Source: an uncultured bacterium
GTDB taxonomy: Bacteria > Patescibacteriota > Minisyncoccia > Phycocordibacterales > UBA9973
DNA: 35,440 nt
Assembly (NCBI GenBank): GCA_903862375.1
Contig: CAIOXR010000078.1
Coordinates: 1 to 35,440, forward strand
Direction: 5' to 3'
Position numbers and translations under genes: made by a program. The notes below the pieces were generated by a model. The model was not told the DNA's origin. It saw only the letters and a program-made list of their open reading frames with translations, and searched no databases. Each line of letters starts with the position of its first letter. Within the stretch, counting starts at the first letter, position 1. Shown piece by piece: positions 8,331 through 15,720 of this stretch.

Positions 8331-9302
8331 TTATACAGCTATTGTAGCTTTTATTGTATCGTGTGGGTTGTAATTTAATAATTTAAAGTCTTCATATTTA
8401 AAATCAAATATATTTTTAACATCTGGATTTATTTCCATCGTAGGTGAAGGTCTTATATCATTTTCTCTTGAAATTTGTAATTCGGCTTGTTCTATATGAT
8501 TCAAATAAAGATGAATATCTCCTCCAGTCCATATAAATTCTCCAAGTTCATATCCAGAGACTTGAGCTATCATCATAGTTAGAAGTGCATACGAAGCTAC
8601 ATTAAATGGTACTCCTAAGAAGAAGTCAGCACTTCTTTGATAAAGTTGGCAAGACAATTTTCCATTTAATACATGGAATTGAAAGAGAGAGTGGCATGGA
8701 GGTGGAGCATGATGGTGGTCATGAATTAAATCATATATTTCTCCGACATTCCATCCGCTGACCATTATCCTTCTTGAAGAGGGATCACTCTTTAGCATAT
8801 CAATTACATTTTGTATTTGATCAATACATACATTATTTGGATCTTCCCAGCATCTCCATTGTTTTCCATATATTGGTCCGAGTTCTCCCCATAATGATGC
8901 AAAGGTATCATCAGACTTTATTTGTTCTACGAACCAGTTTAATTTATCAGTCCATTCTGGAGAGTATCGTACAAGAGATTCATTTAAATTATTTTTTTCT
9001 AGATAAACCTGGAATGCCCACTCATTCCAGATTTTTACGTCATTACGTACTAGATATTTTATATTTGTATCACCAGTAAGAAACCAAAGTAATTCATGAA
9101 TGATACCTCTAATGAAAACCTTTTTAGTAGTTAAAAGTGGAAATCCTTTTGATAAATCAAAACGCATTTGATGACCAAAAACACTTTTGGTGCCTATTTT
9201 AGTACGTTCTTCTCTTTTCACTCCATTCTTAAGAATATGCTTCATAAGTGAAAGATATTCTTCATCTGGTTTTTCATAGTATTCATATGTTTTCATAATC
9301 AC
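8331..9302 (-). CDS. thyA: Thymidylate synthase ThyA, long (Lactobacillus casei-type) form with a small-domain insert
   Basis: Motifs are [21 protein letters not shown], the active-site [11 protein letters not shown], and [21 protein letters not shown]. The alternative start is 2 codons downstream (MKTYEYY). Confidence 0.95.
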   Translation of the reverse strand: MIMKTYEYYEKPDEEYLSLMKHILKNGVKREERTKIGTKSVFGHQMRFDLSKGFPLLTTKKVFIRGIIHELLWFLTGDTNIKYLVRNDVKIWNEWAFQVYLEKNNLNESLVRYSPEWTDKLNWFVEQIKSDDTFASLWGELGPIYGKQWRCWEDPNNVCIDQIQNVIDMLKSDPSSRRIMVSGWNVGEIYDLIHDHHHAPPPCHSLFQFHVLNGKLSCQLYQRSADFFLGVPFNVASYALLTMMIAQVSGYELGEFIWTGGDIHLYLNHIEQAELQISRENDIRPSPTMEINPDVKNIFDFKYEDFKLLNYNPHDTIKATIAV

Positions 9303-9313
9303 ATTATAACCTT

Positions 9314-9342
9314 TTCATATTTTTTGCCAAATATGCTAAAAT
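9314..9342 (+). promoter_or_regulatory. Candidate sigma70-type promoter for the glyA operon
   Basis: TTCATA (9314-9319), a 17-nt spacer and an extended -10 TGcTAAAAT (9334-9342). An alternative is TTGCCA (9324-9329) with TATTAA (9348-9353). This is sequence resemblance only. Confidence 0.3.
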
Positions 9343-9375
9343 CAACTTATTAACAATCTAATTTATTTATAATAT

Positions 9376-10548
9376 ATGAAAGATAAACAAATAGAGAAAC
9401 TTATTAAAGAAGAAGAGAAAAGACAGAAAAGTGTTGTGAACTTAATAGCTTCTGAGAATATTGTATCTGATGATGTTTTGAAGGCTCTTGGTTCTAAACT
9501 TACCAATAAGTATGCTGAGGGTTATCCAGGGAAAAGATATTATGGTGGCAATCAAGTTGTAGATAAAGTAGAATTGCTCTGTATTGCGAGGGCGTTAAAA
9601 TTATTCAAACTTAAACCAGAAGATTGGCATGTGAATGTCCAACTTCTTTCTGGAAGTCCCGCCAATTTTGCTTTGTATTCTGCTTTAGTTCCTGTAGGAG
9701 GAAAGATAATGGGTATGAAGCTAACTTCAGGTGGTCACCTTACTCACGGTCATCCACTTTCTATGACAGGTAAACTTTGGAAACCATTACAATTTGAACT
9801 TGATAAGAATACTGAAGTTATAGACTATGAAGCACTAAAAACTTTGGCTATTACTGAGAAGCCAGATATTATTGTTTGTGGTTTTACAGCATATCCTAGA
9901 ATTGTAGACTTTAAAAAGTTTAGAGAAATTGCTGATAGTTGTGGTGCACTTCTTCATGTAGATATGTCACACTTTGCAGGGCTTGTAGCTGGAGGAGCAT
10001 ATCCATCTCCCTTCCCATATGCAGATACAGTGATGACTACTACACATAAGTCGCTTCGTGGACCTCGCCAAGCTATTTTATTTGTAAAGAAAGACGCAAG
10101 AGAATTTGATAAGAAATTAGACAAGATGGTGATCCCTGGACTTTTCGGTGGACCGCATGAGAACAATATAGCGGCCGTAGCCGTTGCCCTAGCTGAAGCG
10201 ATGAAGCCAGAATTTAAAAAGTACGCAAAGCAAGTAGTCAAGAATGCTAAAGTATTAGCGAAAGAATTGCAAAAGCTTGGATGGCATATTATCTCTGGTG
10301 GTACTGACTCACATCTTATACTTATGGATACTTGGATGGATGGGAAAGGAGTTCCTGGAAAGATAGCCAGTGATAAGCTTGAGAAAGCAGGTATAATCGT
10401 AAATATGAATACAATACCAGGAGATCCTCGAGGTGTTATGGATCCATCTGGAATCAGACTAGGTACTTGTGCTGAGACAACTCGTGGGAAGAAAGAAGCA
10501 GATATGGTAAAGCTTGCAGTTAGAATGGATAAGGTGTTAAGAAATTAA
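9376..10548 (+). CDS. glyA: Serine hydroxymethyltransferase
   Basis: Motifs are NLIASENIVS, YAEGYPGKRYYGG, and VMTTTHKSLRGPR with the PLP lysine. Confidence 0.95.
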   Translation: MKDKQIEKLIKEEEKRQKSVVNLIASENIVSDDVLKALGSKLTNKYAEGYPGKRYYGGNQVVDKVELLCIARALKLFKLKPEDWHVNVQLLSGSPANFALYSALVPVGGKIMGMKLTSGGHLTHGHPLSMTGKLWKPLQFELDKNTEVIDYEALKTLAITEKPDIIVCGFTAYPRIVDFKKFREIADSCGALLHVDMSHFAGLVAGGAYPSPFPYADTVMTTTHKSLRGPRQAILFVKKDAREFDKKLDKMVIPGLFGGPHENNIAAVAVALAEAMKPEFKKYAKQVVKNAKVLAKELQKLGWHIISGGTDSHLILMDTWMDGKGVPGKIASDKLEKAGIIVNMNTIPGDPRGVMDPSGIRLGTCAETTRGKKEADMVKLAVRMDKVLRN

Positions 10549-10551
10549 TTT

Positions 10552-11280
10552 ATGTTAAAAGATAAAATTATTTTAATAACAGGTTCGTCATCAGGTATTG
10601 GTGCAGCAACAGCTAGGCTTGCAAAAGAGTATGGAGCAATTCCTATTCTTCATGGTAAAACTGAAAGTGAAGAATTAACTAAATTAGCAAAAGAATTAGA
10701 ATGTAAATATATTTTCTGTGATGTATCAGATAAAGTTGCAGTAGAAAAATCTGTTAAAGATATTTTATTAGAAATTAAAAGAATTGATATTCTAGTAAAT
10801 TCAGCTGGTATCGCACCACGTGCAACGTTTTTAGAATCTACTGATGAATCATGGTTAGATATTTTTAAAGTTAATGTTTTAGGAACTGTACATTTTTGTC
10901 AGGTAATCCTTCCAATAATGAAAGAAAATAACTATGGAAGAGTAGTTAATATAGCTTCAATAAGAGCAAATATTAATACTTCAGGACGTGCAGCGTATTC
11001 TGCTTCAAAAGCTGCTATAGTGAATTTAACCTCAGTCTTAGCAAAAGAATTTGCTCCAAATATAGCAGTAAATGCAGTTTCACCTGGATACACAGAAACA
11101 CCTATTGCCGCAAATTGGGATGCAGAGGTTTGGAAGCAGGTAAATACTGCATTGGTAGGTAGAATTGGGCAACCTAAAGAAATTGCTGAAGCAATATTGT
11201 TTCTAGCAAGCGATAGAGCAAGTTTTATTACAGGGCAGAGTTTTATTGTCGATGGAGGTTATTCAATATCAGGGAAGTAA
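10552..11280 (+). CDS. Short-chain dehydrogenase/reductase (FabG-like SDR)
   Basis: It has the cofactor motif TGSSSGIG, NSAG, and the catalytic YSASKAA. The substrate cannot be assigned from sequence. Confidence 0.85.
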   Translation: MLKDKIILITGSSSGIGAATARLAKEYGAIPILHGKTESEELTKLAKELECKYIFCDVSDKVAVEKSVKDILLEIKRIDILVNSAGIAPRATFLESTDESWLDIFKVNVLGTVHFCQVILPIMKENNYGRVVNIASIRANINTSGRAAYSASKAAIVNLTSVLAKEFAPNIAVNAVSPGYTETPIAANWDAEVWKQVNTALVGRIGQPKEIAEAILFLASDRASFITGQSFIVDGGYSISGK

Positions 11281-11283
11281 TTT

Positions 11284-11943
11284 ATGCAAGAGAAAATAAA
11301 TACATTTTTATTAAAGAATCCTTTTGAATTGATTCCTATGGATAGGAAGGATTTTTATGATGAACAAGTTAAATTATTTAGAAGTGGTAAAAAACCAAAT
11401 AGAGCAATAGAGGTAATAAATGTAATTATATTTAATAGTCATGGTGAGTTAATTATTCAGAAAAGATCATACAATAAGAATCATAATGCAGGGTTGCTAG
11501 ACAAATCAATTGGTGGACATATTACATCTGGAGATACACCCGATTATACAGTTATGGTTGAAACAATACAGGAACTACAAATTCCCTCGATAGTACTAAA
11601 AGATGAGAATGATTTTATAAAAACTTTTCATCTTTTAGGAAACTATTTAGAAACAATTTCTTTGGCTAAACATTTTATTACTACATTCTACACTCCAATA
11701 AAAATAATAAACAAAGAGAATATACCAGTTGCAAATAGGATGCATTTATATTTTAGTATATATAATGGCAGAATAAGACCTGTGGATCGTGAAGCAAAAG
11801 GAATATTGTTTTATTCTATTTCTGAATTAAAAGAAGAAATGAATTTAAATCCTGAGACTTTTACAGATGATATGCATTATATTATGAAGGAGTATAAGGA
11901 TGATATTGAAAAGTTTGTAAAGATGATAACTAAAGACAAATAA
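11284..11943 (+). CDS. Nudix-fold protein of the IDI-like subgroup with a degenerate Nudix box
   Basis: IIFNSHGELIIQKRSYNKNHNAGLLDKSIGGHITSGDTPDYTVMVETIQELQI aligns to GX5EX7REUXEEXGU. However, it has D for the first E, V for R, Q for the first E of the EE pair, and Q for G. Confidence 0.65.
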   Translation: MQEKINTFLLKNPFELIPMDRKDFYDEQVKLFRSGKKPNRAIEVINVIIFNSHGELIIQKRSYNKNHNAGLLDKSIGGHITSGDTPDYTVMVETIQELQIPSIVLKDENDFIKTFHLLGNYLETISLAKHFITTFYTPIKIINKENIPVANRMHLYFSIYNGRIRPVDREAKGILFYSISELKEEMNLNPETFTDDMHYIMKEYKDDIEKFVKMITKDK

Positions 11944-11946
11944 TTT

Positions 11947-12039
11947 ATGAAAATATATTTTTCAGGAGCAATATCTGGGGGTAGAGAGTATTCTCATATT
12001 TATGAGAAGTTTATAAATATTATTAAAAAATTATTATGA
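11947..12039 (+). pseudogene. 30-codon relic of a nucleoside 2-deoxyribosyltransferase-like / DNPH1(Rcl)-like gene, N-terminus only
   Basis: This is not in the ORF track. It translates to MKIYFSGAISGGREYSHIYEKFINIIKKLL*, which matches the characteristic N-terminus (V/I)YF(A/C)GSIRGGR(E/D)...Y..I...L of that family. It ends in the ATGA overlap with tmk. Confidence 0.5.
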
Positions 12040-12767
12040 TAAATAAAAAAAGTTTAAAAAAGGGAAAACTTATAGTTATAGATGGCACAGATGGAAGTGG
12101 AAAGGCGACACAGGTTGTTTATTTGACGGAGAGGCTTAAGAAAGATGGGCACAAAGTAAAAGTTGTTGATTTCCCCGAATACTATAAGAATTTTTTTGGA
12201 GCTTTTATTGGACATTGTCTTTCTGAACAATATTACAATTTTATCAATGTTCATCCAAAAATTGCTTCAGTTCTTTATGCCGCTGACAGGTGGCAATCAA
12301 AAGATGGAATGGAAAAATGGCTTAAAGAAGGATATGTTATTATCGCGAACCGTTATGTCTCAGCCAATCAGATTCATCAGGGCGGCAAAATAAGTGATGC
12401 AAAAAAGAGAAATAGTTTTATAAAATGGCTTAATCAGATGGAGTATGAAGAATTTGGAATTCCAAGACCAGATGTTACCATATATTTAAGTTTGCCTATA
12501 GAGATAGTAATGAAACTTCTAAATGACAGAGAAAGTAGCCAGATGAAAAGAAAATATTTGAAGAAAAATAAAGATGTCCATGAAGCAGATGAAAAGTTTA
12601 TGGAGAATTCTATAAAGAGTGCATTATGGCTTGCAAAAACCCAGTCGAATTGGAGTAAAATTAATTGTTCAGAAAAAGGAGAAATTCTTTCGCGTGAGCA
12701 AATTCATGAGATGGTTTATGAAGAAGTGAAAAAGGTATTACCTGCTCGCCGAAATAGTGGGAAATAA
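12036..12767 (+). CDS. tmk: Thymidylate kinase
   Basis: It has the P-loop IVIDGTDGSGKATQ, the DRW/DRY-type motif AADRW, and a lid region. It is somewhat longer than typical Tmk. Confidence 0.9.
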   Translation: MINKKSLKKGKLIVIDGTDGSGKATQVVYLTERLKKDGHKVKVVDFPEYYKNFFGAFIGHCLSEQYYNFINVHPKIASVLYAADRWQSKDGMEKWLKEGYVIIANRYVSANQIHQGGKISDAKKRNSFIKWLNQMEYEEFGIPRPDVTIYLSLPIEIVMKLLNDRESSQMKRKYLKKNKDVHEADEKFMENSIKSALWLAKTQSNWSKINCSEKGEILSREQIHEMVYEEVKKVLPARRNSGK

Positions 12768-12768
12768 T

Positions 12769-13242
12769 ATGAGAATTCCAATTGTAAATGAAAAAGATGA
12801 AATAATAGGTTATAAAGAGAGAGAAGATAGAAATCCTCAAGATATTTCTCGTTGTACTGGTCTTTGGGTTGCAGATAAAGAAGGAAATATATTTTTGGCT
12901 CAAAGAGCTTTAGGAAAGAAGCATGATCCAGGATTATGGGGTCCAGCAGTTGGTGGAACAGTTGAAGAAGGTGAAACTTATGAATCAAATATTTTAAAAG
13001 AAGCAAGAGAAGAGATCGGATTAGTTAATATGAGTTTTAATTTTATAAATAAGATTCTTGTTCATAATTGTGTTGCTAAGTTTTATTCTGTCGTTGTTGA
13101 TCATGACTATAAATTTGTAAAACAAGATTCAGAAGTAGAAAATATAAAATGGTTCTCAAGAGAAGAATTAAATAAATTACTTGAAGAAAAACCAGAGATG
13201 TTTCAAAAAGATTTTAAAAAAATTATAGAATTATTTAAATAA
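12769..13242 (+). CDS. Nudix hydrolase (canonical Nudix box)
   Basis: GGTVEEGETYESNILKEAREEIGL is a full Nudix signature. The ATG at 12769 lies 1 nt after the tmk stop, so I prefer it over the tracked GTG at 12757. Confidence 0.85.
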   Translation: MRIPIVNEKDEIIGYKEREDRNPQDISRCTGLWVADKEGNIFLAQRALGKKHDPGLWGPAVGGTVEEGETYESNILKEAREEIGLVNMSFNFINKILVHNCVAKFYSVVVDHDYKFVKQDSEVENIKWFSREELNKLLEEKPEMFQKDFKKIIELFK

Positions 13243-13243
13243 C

Positions 13244-13666
13244 ATGAAAATCAAAATTAAAAAACTAAAAGAAGAAGCTAAATTACCAAAGTATCATCAT
13301 GTGGGAGATGTGGGTATGGATGTGTACTCTATGGAGACTTATACTATAGAACCAGGTGGGCATAAATTCTTCTTTCATGGTTTTGCGATGGAGTTTCCAG
13401 TTGGATATGTGGCATTAATTAAAGATAAAAGTAGTCTCTCTAAGGCGGGATTACATTCTATCGGTGGGGTATTTGATGCAGGATATAGAGGTGAATATAA
13501 TACTCATCTGGTAAATCTTTCAGATAAACCTTATACTGTAGAAGAGGGAGATAAAGTTGCCCAGATAGTTATAATGCCAGTTTCTATAGTAGAATTAGAA
13601 GAGGTTGAGAATTTAAGTGAATCAGACAGAGGAGAAGGTGCATTTGGAAGTACAGGGAGAAAATAG
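13244..13666 (+). CDS. dut: dUTP diphosphatase
   Basis: Motifs are HVGDVGMDVY, DAGYRGE, GDKVAQIV and the C-terminal RGEGAFGSTG. Confidence 0.93.
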   Translation: MKIKIKKLKEEAKLPKYHHVGDVGMDVYSMETYTIEPGGHKFFFHGFAMEFPVGYVALIKDKSSLSKAGLHSIGGVFDAGYRGEYNTHLVNLSDKPYTVEEGDKVAQIVIMPVSIVELEEVENLSESDRGEGAFGSTGRK

Positions 13667-13701
13667 AATAATAATTAAGAATTAATAATTAAGATTTAAG
13701 A

Positions 13702-15462
13702 ATGAAAAAACAAATAGAAAAATTAATACAGGAAGCATTAAAATCTTTAGATATAAATGAGGTTAATTTTTCTATTGAGCATCCGACTGATTTTAATAAT
13801 GGGGATTATTCGACAAATGTAGCAATGGTCTGTGCCAAACAAATGAAAACTAATCCTAGAGATTTAGCAGAGAAGATTGTTGCACTATTACAGACCCCCT
13901 CTGCTTTTGGCATCTCACCCTTAGCAGGGGGCGAGAATACTCTATCTATAATTTCAAAAATTCAAGTTGCTGGTCCTGGATTTATAAACTTTTATTTATC
14001 GAGAGAATTTTTTGCAAATAATATAAATGATATTTTAAAACAAAAAGAAAATTGGGGTAAGAATAAAATTCTTGAAGGTAAAAAGGTGATGGTAGAGTAT
14101 ACAGATATGAATCCATTTAAGCCTTTTCATATTGGTCATCTTATGACAAATGCGATAGGCGAGTCAGTCTCACGAATTGTAGAATTCTCTGGAGCAGATA
14201 CTATTCGTGCAAATTACCAGGGTGATGTGGGTCCTCATGTAGCTAAAGCTATATACGGTATTTTAAACTCTAAAGAATATAAAGAATTAGGATTTAAAAA
14301 TATTAATGGATCTGTCTCTCAAATTTCAAACTGGATTGGTGGATGTTATGCTAATGGTAGTAATTTGATGGATACGAGTGAAGACATAAAGAGAGAAATT
14401 GAAAGGATCAATAAAGCTGTTTATGAAAAAAGTGATGAAGAAGTGAATACAGTTTACGAATGGGGTATGGATATAACCATGAGGGCTTTTGAAGAGATTT
14501 ATAAAATTCTAGGAACAAAATTCGACAGATATTATATGGAGAGTGTCATGGCTCCTATCGGAGAAAAGATAGTAAAAGAAAATTTAGGTAAAGTGTTCAC
14601 AGAATCCGATGGAGCAATTGTTTTCCATGGCGAGAATTTTGATAAGAAGCTTCATACTAGAGTATTTATGAATTCTCAAGGCCTTCCTACCTATGAAACG
14701 AAAGAGATAGGTTTGACTATTACAAAATTTGAGAAAGATAACCCAGATATATCTATTATAACAACTGCGATAGAACAAGCAGAGTATATGAAAGTAGTCC
14801 AAAAGGCTATATCGTTAATACATCCAGATCTTGAGTCAAGAATGAAGCACATAACTCACGGCATGATGAAATTTGCTTTTGGAAAAATGTCTTCCAGAAA
14901 AGGTAATGTCATTACTGGTCAGTCACTCTTGAATGATTCTATAAGTGTAGTTTTAGAGAAAATGAAGGATAGAGAAATGACTGAAGAAGAGAAGAAAAAA
15001 ACTTCTGAAATCGTTGGTATATCGGCATTGAAATATTCAATACTCCGATCTTCTTTAGGTAGTGATATTATTTATGATTTTGAGAAATCAATCTCTTTTG
15101 AGGGAGATTCTGGTCCTTATCTACAGTACACCTCTGTCCGTGCAAATTCTATTATTAAAAAATCAGAGAGTATGAAGATAGGGGATAGTAATGATATTCC
15201 AGAGAGTATTACTTTACTTGAAAGATACCTGTATCAATTCCCTGAAGTTGTAGAACACTCATATGATAAGCTTGAGCCTCATCATATCGCTACATACCTC
15301 ACTGAGCTTGCAAGTAGTTTTAATTCATTCTATGGGAATACTCAAATACTGGTAGAAGAGAATAAATATATAAATTATCATTTGAATTTGATTAAGGCAT
15401 TTACAAGTACTATGAAGAATGGTCTCTGGCTTTTAGGTATTAAAATCCCAGAGAGAATGTAA
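13702..15462 (+). CDS. argS: Arginine--tRNA ligase
   Basis: It has GDYSTNVAM, AGPGFINF, the class I signature NPFKPFHIGHL, MSSRKGN (KMSKS-like), and a DALR anticodon-binding C-terminus ending in M. Confidence 0.95.
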   Translation: MKKQIEKLIQEALKSLDINEVNFSIEHPTDFNNGDYSTNVAMVCAKQMKTNPRDLAEKIVALLQTPSAFGISPLAGGENTLSIISKIQVAGPGFINFYLSREFFANNINDILKQKENWGKNKILEGKKVMVEYTDMNPFKPFHIGHLMTNAIGESVSRIVEFSGADTIRANYQGDVGPHVAKAIYGILNSKEYKELGFKNINGSVSQISNWIGGCYANGSNLMDTSEDIKREIERINKAVYEKSDEEVNTVYEWGMDITMRAFEEIYKILGTKFDRYYMESVMAPIGEKIVKENLGKVFTESDGAIVFHGENFDKKLHTRVFMNSQGLPTYETKEIGLTITKFEKDNPDISIITTAIEQAEYMKVVQKAISLIHPDLESRMKHITHGMMKFAFGKMSSRKGNVITGQSLLNDSISVVLEKMKDREMTEEEKKKTSEIVGISALKYSILRSSLGSDIIYDFEKSISFEGDSGPYLQYTSVRANSIIKKSESMKIGDSNDIPESITLLERYLYQFPEVVEHSYDKLEPHHIATYLTELASSFNSFYGNTQILVEENKYINYHLNLIKAFTSTMKNGLWLLGIKIPERM

Positions 15463-15465
15463 TCT

Positions 15466-15717
15466 ATGGAAACTATAGAAGAAAGATTAAATAAAATAGA
15501 AGAAAGGAATAAAAGAGTTGAAATTGATAAAGCTTGGGAGACTAGTTTTGTCAGGATTCTTTCTATTAGTATTATCACTTATATTATAACTATCGTCCTA
15601 ATGTATAGTATTGGTATAGCTAAGCCATACTTAAACGCCTTCTTGCCTGTTTTTGGTTTTATACTTTCAACTCAATCAATTCCTGTTATAAAAAAGTATT
15701 GGATTAAGAATAAATAA
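15466..15717 (+). CDS. Small membrane protein (N-terminal coiled-coil segment plus 2 TM helices), function unknown
   Basis: METIEERLNKIEERNKRVEIDKAWETS is followed by two hydrophobic helices. It sits 3 nt after the argS stop and ends 3 nt before the next gene. Confidence 0.6.
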   Translation: METIEERLNKIEERNKRVEIDKAWETSFVRILSISIITYIITIVLMYSIGIAKPYLNAFLPVFGFILSTQSIPVIKKYWIKNK

Positions 15718-15720
15718 AAT

